Of a stretch of DNA of 32,000 bases, positions 1 through 9,461 are shown one piece after another. The first letter of the stretch is position 1. The number at the start of each line of letters is the position of its first letter. The translations under genes and the position numbers were made by a program. The notes under the pieces were generated by a model, which was not told the origin of the DNA, did no database searches, and was given only the letters and a program-made list of their open reading frames with translations. The stretch comes from Candidatus Kuenenia stuttgartensis (GTDB taxonomy: Bacteria; Planctomycetota; Brocadiia; Brocadiales; Brocadiaceae), in contig NZ_LT934425.1 in the NCBI RefSeq assembly GCF_900232105.1, positions 2,100,001-2,132,000 on the forward strand, read 5' to 3'.

Positions 1-207
1 TAATGTATCTTCGCTTGTCTGCCATGGCAACCTTGCTCCATATCGCAGTGATTGGGCATCCCTTGAAAGAACAGCATATGCGCAATCACAAAGCCCTTTT
101 GGGGTAAATCCCGTTAAGGGAAATGAATCACCTTTCTTATAATAATTACAACTTCCTTTTTCTGCTACCGTTGCTACCACTTTGAAACTGGAACTTTTAC
201 ACTTCAC
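1..207 (-). CDS. 5' portion of a small Cys-containing protein, possibly TIGR04076-like; truncated by window edge
   Basis: Manual translation of the complement from GTG at 207: VKCKSSSFKVVATVAEKGSCNYYKKGDSFPLTGFTPKGLCDCAYAVLSRDAQSLRYGARLPWQTSEDTL..., open to base 1; pattern resembles TIGR04076 (GxC...GDxF...GLC..A...LR.G..LPW). Confidence 0.5.
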   Translation of the reverse strand, partial: MKCKSSSFKVVATVAEKGSCNYYKKGDSFPLTGFTPKGLCDCAYAVLSRDAQSLRYGARLPWQTSEDTL

Positions 208-370
208 AATAGGGACTCCAATAAATGTTAATGTGCCTCTTTTATTTTATAATAGTTCATTATATTTTATGAAATAAACGTATTGCAAGAACAAAAAACA
301 AACTTGACACAGAGCAACACTTTGGTTTTTTTAAAAACCTCAGCAAGATCAAACATTAGGCGAATCCGGG

Positions 371-1258
371 TTAATAGACTATTTGCTGAGTGTTTTTTTT
401 ATCGCATAAACTTTTTAAAAGGAGGTGTGTTTTATTGAAAAATTTTCTTTCGGCAGGATATTGCTCAAGATATTTGTCCAGATGGAGAAAGGCAAGTTCA
501 TACTCCTTTTTTGCAACGTAGTTATCGATAAGCAGGATCATCGGACGATTATCATCTGGAATACACATCATTGCCTGTTCGCAAAATCTGATTGATGCGT
601 CAAAATCCCCGTTAATATTGTGATTCCGGGCATTGTACAAGAAAATCTCTCCCACAAGTCCGATATCCTTCATGATCTTCTTTTTGGGATGATACCTGTC
701 CTTCTTTTTAACAATCCCATCGCTGTGCGTGTGTTCAAATAAATATTCATGAGTATTATCAGAAACCATATTATAAATATGGCCGGGAACAAAAATATTT
801 TTTACGTCAATGTCAAAATGCCGGCATAGAATGGTAAATCGTATTGCATAGGAAAGACAATTCCCGACCTTTATATTGAGAGTATCCTTGAAATCGTAGC
901 AATCCCTGTATATTCCTTCGCACGCATACTCTTTTAGCCAGGCAAAGATTATTTTGGCTTTTTCAATAGGATTATCAATGTTATTGACGTCAGTTTCTTT
1001 TGTAATTCGCGAAATAAGAAGGTCGATTTTTTTCTGATACGCCTGAATCTTTTTATCACTATGTACGCCCGAAGCGATAAGGCATGCGCGGTCAAACGGC
1101 ATATCAAGACAGTTGTCTTTAATATCCCTGAGAAGAGACATTTCGCTCTCATTGTATGCATATTGACTTGTCGGATACGTTTGCCGGGCTGGTTGGCAAC
1201 CAGGGAAAAAGAAGAAGTGTATGAGACAAAAAAGGAGCGGCAAGAAAGTTTTTTTCAT
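371..1258 (-). CDS. Lipoprotein with transglutaminase-like and TPR-like regions
   Basis: 295 aa; N-terminal signal with lipobox-like Cys (FFFPGCQ); central 'GNCLSYAIRFTILCRHFDIDVKNIFVPGHIYNMV', typical of a transglutaminase-like Cys/His core; C-terminal TPR-like helices. Confidence 0.65.
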   Translation of the reverse strand: MKKTFLPLLFCLIHFFFFPGCQPARQTYPTSQYAYNESEMSLLRDIKDNCLDMPFDRACLIASGVHSDKKIQAYQKKIDLLISRITKETDVNNIDNPIEKAKIIFAWLKEYACEGIYRDCYDFKDTLNIKVGNCLSYAIRFTILCRHFDIDVKNIFVPGHIYNMVSDNTHEYLFEHTHSDGIVKKKDRYHPKKKIMKDIGLVGEIFLYNARNHNINGDFDASIRFCEQAMMCIPDDNRPMILLIDNYVAKKEYELAFLHLDKYLEQYPAERKFFNKTHLLLKSLCDKKNTQQIVY

Positions 1259-1261
1259 GTG

Positions 1262-1627
1262 TTATTCTATTTTTCTTTTAATAACCTCCATTAATCGTTC
1301 CTGAGTGAAGGGTTTTTCCAGATATGATACATCAGGGTCGATCTCAAATATTGTTTTATTCGAGTGGGGAGAAAAACTGCTGGCAACAATAACAGGGATA
1401 TCTTTGTATGGTGGACTGGATTTTAGTTGTTTGAGGAATTCATCGCCGGGCAATTTATCAAGCAATAAGTCGAGAATGATGAGATCCGGTTTCTCTGTTT
1501 CTATCATTTCCAATGCCTGTTTCCCGTCAAGGGCGTGAACGATGGTGTAATCAGTATCTTCAAGCATCATTTCGTAAAAAAAGAAAAACTCCTGCTCGTC
1601 TTCAACAATAAGTATTTTTTTACTCAA
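1262..1627 (-). CDS. Single-domain response regulator (REC)
   Basis: 121 aa; KKILIVEDEQEF, DLIILDLLLDKLPGDEFL, VIVASSF, YLEKPF are classic REC motifs. Confidence 0.93.
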   Translation of the reverse strand: MSKKILIVEDEQEFFFFYEMMLEDTDYTIVHALDGKQALEMIETEKPDLIILDLLLDKLPGDEFLKQLKSSPPYKDIPVIVASSFSPHSNKTIFEIDPDVSYLEKPFTQERLMEVIKRKIE

Positions 1628-1660
1628 GTATCGCTCCTTTTTAATGAAATAGTGCCTTGT

Positions 1661-3736
1661 TTAGGAATTTTCGGACGGCGCCACCGGTAGTGTAAATTTG
1701 AAAGAAGCTCCTTTTCCAATGCCTTCGCAATCAACCCAAATCCTTCCTTTGTGTGCCTCGACAATATTTTTGCATAGTGCAAGCCCCACCCCGGAACCAT
1801 ACATAGTGGGATGTTCCTGGAAAAATCTTTCAAACAGTTTAGAATATTCTTCTTTGGGAAGCCCAATACCCATCCCGGTGTCTTCAACGGATATTTCCAG
1901 ATAAGAACCTTTGCATTTCCCATAAATATTAATACTGCCACTCTCCGTATATTTTATTGCATTATCGATCAGATTAATAAGTACACGTGAAATCTCGTTT
2001 TTGTCGCCAATGGTCACAGGTAAATTTCCTGAAGAATGATATGTTAATGTCAACCCCTTTTTTTTCGCCAGAAGCTTCATGCCCATAACAGTTTGATGAA
2101 TAATTTCTTCCATTTGTATGGGTTCTTTTTTAAAGACGAAGCGGCCTGATTCAAGGACGGATAAATCGAGTATACTTTCAATCGTTTTCCTTAACCGTTG
2201 CAAACTGCTGTGGATAATTTGTTCGAATCTTTCTTCTTTTGAACGGTCGAGACTATCTTTTTTAATCTCATTCGTCCATAAATCTATGGCCATTTGTACT
2301 TGTGCAACAGGAGACTTTAATTCATGAGACACGTCCCGAATCATTTTGTCTTTCATTTGATCGAGGGTGAGTAATTCTTTGTATGCTTTTTCCAGATCAT
2401 GGCTTTGTTTTTCAAGTTCTTTGTTTATTTGTGTCAGGTCCTTTGTGCGCTCTTCTATAATTTTCTCCAGATTGGAAGTGTATTCTTCCAGTGCGTGTGT
2501 TTTTTCTTCGACAAAGTCCGCCATTTTGTTGAAGAATTTTGATAATTCACCTATCTCGTCTTTTGCGGAGATGTTAACGCGTTTGCTGAAGTCGCCTTCA
2601 GAGATGCTTTTTGTCACATCGGTAAGATATACAATAGGCTCTGAGATTTTTTTCCCGAAGACGAATGCAAAAGATACAACGGCCAACGTGAGTAAAAACA
2701 AAATCGAGAAGGTTATTCTATGTAATTTTTTGACAGACACATACCATTCATCTTTGTCGATTTCTGCAATAATTCCCCATTCCAGTTCTGGCAACCATTG
2801 CCAGAACCCCAGAACGGTTTTTCCCCGGTAATCAATATAGCCATTTGCATCATATCCGGAACCGCCTTTTAAACATTCCGCAACGCCTTTTGTAAAATTG
2901 CCGGTAAAGGGGGCGATTAATTTTAATTCAAGGGTTGTTCTTTGTTTTACCAGTCCGAAATCTTTGAGAGAACTTAAAAACTTTGATTCAGAGATCATAT
3001 ACCCTTCTTTGTTAATGAGATATGTCTCTCCTGTTTTTCCAAGACGAACACTTCTCATGAGTTTATTGATTTCCATGACATCGATTCGCAGACACACGAC
3101 GCCGATAATCTTACGTTCATATATTACCGGGGTAGTAATAAACAGCGTTGGCATGCCTTGCTCCAAACTACTATATTCGTTTATGATGGGAATTACAGAG
3201 GGAACTATTGGTGATACATATGTCGTACCTATTATTGCCTGTTTAAAGAATTCAAAGCCGGACACATTGGTAATAACTTTCCCGGTTGAAGTGGTAATCT
3301 TTAAATCTCCGTTTCTGTCACAAATAAAGATTTCTTTATAACGGTAAGTGTCTCTCGTGTATTTTAGATGGTGTAGCAGCCTGTAAAAATTTTCGCTGCC
3401 TTCAGATTTATAGATTACGCCGGGGACGTTAGGATTTTCGGCAATCAACCAGATGTCCGCCTTTCGTTCTTCAATCCATTTTTCGATAAGTTCCGCCTGT
3501 TTATGGCCGATACTGTCGAGGTTTTGGATTAAAGCATCACGCAAAGCATGTTCTTCCTTTGGATAAATATATACTATCGTAATAAAGATGGGAAAGGTGG
3601 AAAGAAGGATTGAAGAGAAAATAATTTTTTGCTTTATGGAAGTAAAAGAAAAAAAATGAAAATTATGAGCTATTGCGGAGCAGTAGTTTTTCAGGTGCGA
3701 ATAATGTTTCAATAACTGTTGCAGTAAGTTCTCCAT
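1661..3736 (-). CDS. Membrane sensor histidine kinase (Cache-like sensor, HAMP, HisKA, HATPase)
   Basis: 691 aa; two TM regions around a periplasmic dCache-like domain, HAMP 'KKISEPIVYLTDVTKSISEGDFSKRV', H-box 'VSHELKSPVAQV', N/G boxes 'INLIDNAIKYTESG', 'VEDTGMGIG', 'GSGVGLALCKNIVEAHKG'. Confidence 0.95.
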   Translation of the reverse strand: MENLLQQLLKHYSHLKNYCSAIAHNFHFFSFTSIKQKIIFSSILLSTFPIFITIVYIYPKEEHALRDALIQNLDSIGHKQAELIEKWIEERKADIWLIAENPNVPGVIYKSEGSENFYRLLHHLKYTRDTYRYKEIFICDRNGDLKITTSTGKVITNVSGFEFFKQAIIGTTYVSPIVPSVIPIINEYSSLEQGMPTLFITTPVIYERKIIGVVCLRIDVMEINKLMRSVRLGKTGETYLINKEGYMISESKFLSSLKDFGLVKQRTTLELKLIAPFTGNFTKGVAECLKGGSGYDANGYIDYRGKTVLGFWQWLPELEWGIIAEIDKDEWYVSVKKLHRITFSILFLLTLAVVSFAFVFGKKISEPIVYLTDVTKSISEGDFSKRVNISAKDEIGELSKFFNKMADFVEEKTHALEEYTSNLEKIIEERTKDLTQINKELEKQSHDLEKAYKELLTLDQMKDKMIRDVSHELKSPVAQVQMAIDLWTNEIKKDSLDRSKEERFEQIIHSSLQRLRKTIESILDLSVLESGRFVFKKEPIQMEEIIHQTVMGMKLLAKKKGLTLTYHSSGNLPVTIGDKNEISRVLINLIDNAIKYTESGSINIYGKCKGSYLEISVEDTGMGIGLPKEEYSKLFERFFQEHPTMYGSGVGLALCKNIVEAHKGRIWVDCEGIGKGASFKFTLPVAPSENS

Positions 3737-3815
3737 ACGCCACGCGCTAAAATAATGCTAAAATGTCATGTTTGTAAAACGTAATTTGAGGCCGAAATTA
3801 TTTAGAAGTTGTTTT

Positions 3816-5708
3816 CTATTGGGATTTTTTTCTTATAAAAGAAGGAATGTTTTTCAAGTGTTGGTCAATTATTTCATTGGTAATTTCTTTTACCCCTATT
3901 TTTAGAGCAAAATCTTCAATTGATTTCTTTGCCTTGCTGCGAATGAACACCGGAATTCTTTTCAGGCGGATTTCGGCGTCTTCTGTCCATACAGGTGCTG
4001 TTTGCAATGTCTTTTTATTAATGGCAGAGTTGTTTAAATATGCCTGAAATTTTTTAATAATGCCGTCATTTTTGATAGTGCGTTCATTAAGAAATGCCTT
4101 GATTTTATCAACAACTTCTTTTTTATGGGAACCGGTAAATTTTTGCTTTGCTTTGTCCCACGCTTCCATACGAAGTTCATCAAAACCGATGTTTTTAATG
4201 CGTTGCGATGCAAGCATCATTGATTCGTCCCGTATCGCAGAAAGGAATTGAGAGCTGATTTCGTGGTAACCGTGCTGCATCGCTTTTTTTTGCATAAGTT
4301 TGTAAATTCCCGGACGTACAAAATCCGGCGCGTTTAAAACGCGTTTCTTTGCTTCTTCAGACCATGGTATTTCATTATTTTCAGGATTTTCCGGTACAAT
4401 ATCTTCGGGATGTTCAGATACGGGTTTTGTTGTGGCAGCGTCCGGGAATGCTGTTTTATTGTTCGACATCATTTCTTCCCGCGCTGCCCTCATAACCCAG
4501 AGCGTTATTTCCTGATAATTATTTTGCGCTGCAAAACGTTCCACATTTTTTATAATCATTCCTCTTCCGAAAGAAGGTATTTGTTTCAGGATGGCGTGTG
4601 CTTCATGGCTCCAGTCCATGGTAAAACATTCTTCCGTGCCAAAGGTTTCAGAAGGTTTCAGTTTTATTACTTTGCTGCCCGACTTTCCAGGAATATAATT
4701 ACACCAGGGATCTTCATCCATTTGGTTGTCTGTTGCGGTAAGGGCGCGGGCCCGGCATCCTTTGCAAATTTCTTTAAATTCACATATTCCGCATCTCCCG
4801 TTTAAATCAGCATGCCGTAAAGTTTGAAATCCGGCATTGTTGTTCCATATATCAACAAAACTTTTTTCTCTGACGTTTCCGCTAATGTCGGGTATGTATG
4901 GGCAAGGGGTGACGTTTCCTTCAGGGGTTATTCTGCAGTAATGTGTTCCCGCAGGACATCCACCGGCATATGTTCTTATCAGCGGCGAATTATTGTCATG
5001 TTCATATACAATTCTTCGGTAGTGCGGGGCGCATTTTGCACCAACCATCATCTTTCCCTTATATTTTTCATGAAGGGTGTACAGTTGCCGCAATGTTTGA
5101 TCGTACTGTTCCGGTGTGATATCGGTTAAATCCTGCCCTTTGCCGGTGCATACCAAAAAAAACAAGTTGAACACCTTAGCGCCGAGTTTATAGGAAAAGT
5201 CGATAATATCGGAAATCTCCGTAATGTTATCCCGTGTAACAGTAGTTTGTATTTGAAATCCTATTCCCTGACGGCGGCACGCTTCTATTCCATTGAGAGT
5301 ATCATCCCATGCGCCGGTTATTCCCCGAAAGGTATCGTGTTTTTCCGGGTGAATAGAATCGAGGCTGATGCCTACCCCTGAGACCCCGCATAGCTTTAAC
5401 CTTTTTGCTTTATCATCGTCGATTACGTTTCCATTTGTTCCCAATACTACCATCATGCCTTTTTTAGATGCGTAATGCGATAAATCATAAATGTCATTTC
5501 TTAAAAGCGGTTCCCCTCCTGTCAAAATGAGTAAAAGATTGGGGTTGAGCTCCGCCATTTGATCGATAAGTTTGAATCCCTCTTTTGTATCAAGTTCATA
5601 GGGAGATTTTTTGGTTAATGCATTGGCGTCGAGATAACAATGGTCGCATTGTAAATTACAACGATAGGTTGTGTTCCATGAAATGGCGTATGGTTTGTAT
5701 TGCATCAA
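3816..5708 (-). CDS. Radical SAM/SPASM protein with C-terminal repeated PCP-reductase-like domains
   Basis: 630 aa; CNLQCDHC radical SAM motif, SPASM Cys cluster 'CGICEFKEICKGC', then repeated 'W(S/T)xxAxxxLxxIPxFxR...ExxAxxxGxxEIT' modules resembling the DPOR BchB C-terminal PCP_red domain. Confidence 0.85.
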   Translation of the reverse strand: MMQYKPYAISWNTTYRCNLQCDHCYLDANALTKKSPYELDTKEGFKLIDQMAELNPNLLLILTGGEPLLRNDIYDLSHYASKKGMMVVLGTNGNVIDDDKAKRLKLCGVSGVGISLDSIHPEKHDTFRGITGAWDDTLNGIEACRRQGIGFQIQTTVTRDNITEISDIIDFSYKLGAKVFNLFFLVCTGKGQDLTDITPEQYDQTLRQLYTLHEKYKGKMMVGAKCAPHYRRIVYEHDNNSPLIRTYAGGCPAGTHYCRITPEGNVTPCPYIPDISGNVREKSFVDIWNNNAGFQTLRHADLNGRCGICEFKEICKGCRARALTATDNQMDEDPWCNYIPGKSGSKVIKLKPSETFGTEECFTMDWSHEAHAILKQIPSFGRGMIIKNVERFAAQNNYQEITLWVMRAAREEMMSNNKTAFPDAATTKPVSEHPEDIVPENPENNEIPWSEEAKKRVLNAPDFVRPGIYKLMQKKAMQHGYHEISSQFLSAIRDESMMLASQRIKNIGFDELRMEAWDKAKQKFTGSHKKEVVDKIKAFLNERTIKNDGIIKKFQAYLNNSAINKKTLQTAPVWTEDAEIRLKRIPVFIRSKAKKSIEDFALKIGVKEITNEIIDQHLKNIPSFIRKKSQ

Positions 5709-6028
5709 TAATTTCTATGGAATAAATTGAATTTCAGTGTATTCATTTTAAAATAAAAGACCGGTTTGTTTTGAGTATTGTACAAACGGGTTTCTTTATC
5801 TGCATCCCTTGCACATCATATACATACAGTAAAGTTTCTAGTCAAAATATATAAAATAAAAGAAAAAAAAACAATCATATAATCAAAAGAAGAAGGGACG
5901 GGGGCTTCGGTTTTAAGCATTTTTTGGCAAAATATTTAATGGTGAGATACGAAATACGCAACAAATTCTAAATTCATTCAGTTGTATAAAATTCAATTGT
6001 AAAAAAAATGCGTATGAAGTAAATTGCC

Positions 6029-6056
6029 TTGAATCCATTGGGATTGCTGATAGAAT
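6029..6056 (+). promoter_or_regulatory. Possible sigma70-type promoter upstream of TPR lipoprotein
   Basis: TTGAAT - 16 bp - TAGAAT, about 42 bp before the annotated start. Visual match only. Confidence 0.3.
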
Positions 6057-6097
6057 GAAAAAAGACACCTTTTTACAGTCAGTTCGTTCATTTTAAT

Positions 6098-6850
6098 GTG
6101 GAGATAATAAAATTAATGAAAGTGATTATAAATAATTTGAATAAAGTAGTTCCCTGTGTCCTGATGCTCTTTGTTTTCTACGGATGCGGCAAGCCTCAAT
6201 CCCCGGATAATATTGAGGCAAAGGATGCGGGTAATGTTGTTGAAGGTTATGCTGCATCGCAGGAAGAAAAAAAGATAGTCAAAATTCCTGAAAATATGAC
6301 CGCGGAACAATATTATAATTATGGATTGGACAATATTAAAAAAGGGCAATTTGACGTATCAATTGCGGCATGGGAAAAAGCGATAGAGTTAGACCCGGCA
6401 ATGGTGGCGGCATACGAAAAACTGGGAAAGGCGTATTATACGCAGGGTGAGTTTGATAAAGCCGGCCGCATTTATAGAAAAGCTATTGAGTTTGATCCCT
6501 ACAATACAATGTTATATTTTAGTTTGGGGGTTGTGTACCGGATGAATTTGCAATATGAGGATGCAATTGATGCGCAACTGAAGGCATTATCACTGGACCC
6601 GAATCTCGCTATAGTCTATAATGAAATGGGCTTGATTTATTGTAAACAAAAGAGATTGGATGAAGCCGTTGCCGCTCATAAAAAGGCTCTTGAGCTCAAT
6701 CCAAACCTGGGGAATGCGCACAATTATCTTGGTGTTGTTTATTTGTTGAAGGGTATGAGTAAAGAAGCAGAAATGGAATTTGCTGAATACAAAAAATATG
6801 AAGCTGGCGGCAATATGCCTTCAGGTCATGGTGCACCTTCTGCTCACTAA
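6098..6850 (+). CDS. TPR-repeat lipoprotein
   Basis: 250 aa; signal with FYGCGK lipobox-like site; multiple TPR units (AIELDPAMVAAYEKLGKAYYTQGEFDKA etc.). True start may be the internal Met at codon 7. Confidence 0.85.
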   Translation: MEIIKLMKVIINNLNKVVPCVLMLFVFYGCGKPQSPDNIEAKDAGNVVEGYAASQEEKKIVKIPENMTAEQYYNYGLDNIKKGQFDVSIAAWEKAIELDPAMVAAYEKLGKAYYTQGEFDKAGRIYRKAIEFDPYNTMLYFSLGVVYRMNLQYEDAIDAQLKALSLDPNLAIVYNEMGLIYCKQKRLDEAVAAHKKALELNPNLGNAHNYLGVVYLLKGMSKEAEMEFAEYKKYEAGGNMPSGHGAPSAH

Positions 6851-7028
6851 GGGAATTGGAAAGGCGTGTCAATTTTGCGGAAAAATTCTTTAATTGAGAT
6901 TTGGTATTGCAATGTGTGGATGCTACGTTGTTATATGAATTTACACTCAGGTGTTGGTCGCTTAATGTCCGGCGCCATGATGAACAATGGTCGTGCCTTG
7001 CAATTGTTTCCCTTATGAATAAGCGCAA

Positions 7029-7232
7029 CTAGTCGGAATGATCCTGCTTTTCCATGTATTTTAAGAGTGCCATTTGTGTGATGGCAAATTCTTCTATTTT
7101 TCTGGACTTATGTAAAACGTGAAGCCAGTCTTCCGTTGTGCCGTAAGGGCCTCCTTCATTTTTTAATGTTTTCTCTAAATTCTTTAAATCTAATTCCAAT
7201 AACTCGAGTCTGTTCTTTATTTCTTTCATCAT
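7029..7232 (-). CDS. Small conserved-looking hypothetical protein
   Basis: 67 aa, charged alpha-helical; lies just downstream of and on the same strand as the TPR gene at 7299-7985. Confidence 0.5.
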   Translation of the reverse strand: MMKEIKNRLELLELDLKNLEKTLKNEGGPYGTTEDWLHVLHKSRKIEEFAITQMALLKYMEKQDHSD

Positions 7233-7298
7233 TAGTAGCTCCTGCTGTATTGACTAATTTGCCGGTTTCGCACAGACTCACGGGAAATAGTAAATTCA

Positions 7299-7985
7299 TC
7301 ACTTTCCTTTTTTGTCCAGCCCTTTAGCACGGTATGCGAGAACTAGTTTTTTTTGGAGCGCCTTATCTTCCGGTTTAAACCCTAATGCTTTTTTGTATTC
7401 ATCAATGGCTTCATCAATTGCACCTGATGAAAAATAAACATCGCCAAGATTATAATGAATATTTGCCCTTTGCAGGGTTTTATTTGCCGGAATAAGGTGC
7501 AACGATTGTTTATATTCATTTGTCGCATCACTGTACAGTCCTTTGCTTTGATAAGCATACCCCAGGTTGTAATGTGTTTCCGGCGAGCCTGGATTCTGGG
7601 CAAGGTCTGTTTGAAAGGCGCATATTGCCTCGTCCTGCAACCCCATGTCACGATATAACAAGCCAAGGTAATAATAAATCCTGGGATAGCGGGTATCGTT
7701 TTCCAGTATTTCGTTATATGCGGCAAGCGCTTCTGAGTAGTTTCCCTGATTTCCACATGCAAGGGCGAATTGAAAAATCTCGTCTTTGCTCATTTGTTTT
7801 AATTTTGCACCGATGTTTTGCCGGGTGGGATTTGCTTTGTTTGTGTCGGTCTGAGCATTTTTAACGGCGTAATTTGCCGGAGCATAAAGCGTCCCTATGT
7901 TTGCGTATTTGGGATCTTCTTTGCCGCATCCAAGAACCGAACAAAAACAAAATAAACTACATAATATAGGGTAAGCAACTTTCAT
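7299..7985 (-). CDS. TPR-repeat lipoprotein
   Basis: 228 aa; signal 'LFCFCSVLGCGKED' lipobox; TPR units 'YPRIYYYLGLLYRDMGLQDEAICAF', 'SPETHYNLGYAYQSKGLYSDATNEY', 'ANIHYNLGDVYFSSGAIDEAIDEYKKALGFKP'. Confidence 0.85.
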   Translation of the reverse strand: MKVAYPILCSLFCFCSVLGCGKEDPKYANIGTLYAPANYAVKNAQTDTNKANPTRQNIGAKLKQMSKDEIFQFALACGNQGNYSEALAAYNEILENDTRYPRIYYYLGLLYRDMGLQDEAICAFQTDLAQNPGSPETHYNLGYAYQSKGLYSDATNEYKQSLHLIPANKTLQRANIHYNLGDVYFSSGAIDEAIDEYKKALGFKPEDKALQKKLVLAYRAKGLDKKGK

Positions 7986-8165
7986 ATTTCATTTGGCAGT
8001 AAAAAAAATTTTGGAGATCTAATCTCAATAGGGTAAATGAAACATGCGTGATTTTCAAGGAAAATAAGTGGCATTATCAATGTAAATTAACTGTTTGAAA
8101 AAGGATATGGAATTTATTAGCAGTGAGAGCAACAAAGGTTTGCGGGCGTTTTATAAACGTATTTA

Positions 8166-9461
8166 GGCTCTGTAAATAAATAAAGGTATCAACTTTTCAC
8201 TATTGCTTTTGGTCTTATGACGTAGTTCCAGTCGCCGTGAAATTTATTGCGCTCCACATTGATGTTTTCCATTTCTTCATCACTAACCTTTCGTCCTGTC
8301 GGATATTTCCGGCGATCCAGCCTACAGGTTACTTTCAGTCCCTTTGCAGTGGTCGTTTTGGCGATAAGATTGACGATCGTTTCGTAATCCCGCAACGGTT
8401 CACCCCGCCAATTTGACGTAATAAAGGAAAAGAGTCGGTGCTCGATCTTGTTCCATTTGCTGGTTCCAAGAGGAAAATGACAAACTGAAATACACAGACC
8501 GGTTTGATCAGCAAACTTCTGCAATTCCAACTTCCATAGTCTCAAGCGCGACCCATTACTCCCCCCGCCATCGGCTGTGATCAGAATCATGTTCGCATCC
8601 GGATAAAGCCGCCGTCCTTCAAAACGCCACCATCCGCGAATCGACGCTACCGCAAATGCGCCGGTATCATGGTCGGTTCCAACATTGACAAAACCGGAAT
8701 TGCGCCCGAGGTCGTAGATACCGTAAGGATAGGCGCGTGGGACTTCTGGGTTGGGAAAGTCGTGGCCTTGAACCTTCCTCGGTTGTTTTGTAGGAAGCCA
8801 CTGTTGACCGGCATTGTCGTAGTTGCCGATGAGTTCTTTCTTCTTTGTGTCCACTGAAATCACAGGAACGCCTTGCTTCAGACACTTCTTTACCGCGGCA
8901 TTGATATGCCGGAATTGCTCATCGCGATCCGGATGGTCTGCTCCCTCTTCCGTCTTCCGGTTGCTCTGCAGACTATAGTTCAGATCGTTGAGTATCTGCG
9001 CCACCTTCGCGTGACTGACCGGATACTTCTTCCTGGCGAGTTGCGCGGCAATCGTCCGCGTACTCTTGCAAATCCATCGCAGGGGAGATTCCGGATCGCC
9101 GCGTGTTTGGCTATCGATCATTGCTTCCAGCGCCTCCAACAAACGCGGGTTCGATTCTGTGAGGGATTTGCGACCAGCGCCAGGGCGACGAATGCGACCA
9201 GCCGGAGGCACTATCCCTTTTTGAATCTCGTCAATTCCCTTGGCAATGGCTTTGCGCGACAAACCACATGCGCGGTGGACCTCAGAGATTCCACCAAAAC
9301 CCAAACTTAAGGCTTCATTTGCTGCCATGACACGGCGCGTACGCTCATCCAATAACGGCCATACCGCATGCAACTTCTGTTTCAATCCAAGTGGAGTATA
9401 CATGGACTGAAAGTATAGCATTACCCTGCGCCAATTGCTACCTTTATTTATTTACAGAGCC
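8166..9461 (-). mobile_element. Complete ISAzo13-like insertion sequence, about 1296 bp
   Basis: Perfect 23-bp TIRs GGCTCTGTAAATAAATAAAGGTA (8166-8188) and complement (9439-9461); possible 3-bp direct repeat TTA at 8163-8165 and 9462-9464; contains one transposase gene. Confidence 0.88.
8189..9421 (-). CDS. ISAzo13-like family transposase
   Basis: 410 aa; 'ADGGGSNGSRLRLWKLELQKFADQTGLCISVCHFPLGTSKWNKIEHRLFSFITSNWRG' is characteristic of this family's DDE region. The ORF call may begin upstream of the real start; TTG/ATG choice uncertain. Confidence 0.92.
   Translation of the reverse strand: MLYFQSMYTPLGLKQKLHAVWPLLDERTRRVMAANEALSLGFGGISEVHRACGLSRKAIAKGIDEIQKGIVPPAGRIRRPGAGRKSLTESNPRLLEALEAMIDSQTRGDPESPLRWICKSTRTIAAQLARKKYPVSHAKVAQILNDLNYSLQSNRKTEEGADHPDRDEQFRHINAAVKKCLKQGVPVISVDTKKKELIGNYDNAGQQWLPTKQPRKVQGHDFPNPEVPRAYPYGIYDLGRNSGFVNVGTDHDTGAFAVASIRGWWRFEGRRLYPDANMILITADGGGSNGSRLRLWKLELQKFADQTGLCISVCHFPLGTSKWNKIEHRLFSFITSNWRGEPLRDYETIVNLIAKTTTAKGLKVTCRLDRRKYPTGRKVSDEEMENINVERNKFHGDWNYVIRPKAIVKS

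Noticed and set aside
1624-1941. 105-aa ORF overlapping the histidine kinase gene
   Set aside because: Alternative frame of the well-supported kinase C-terminus (HATPase motifs in the other frame).
6696-7028. 110-aa minus-strand ORF
   Set aside because: Mostly antisense to the TPR gene; no recognisable features.
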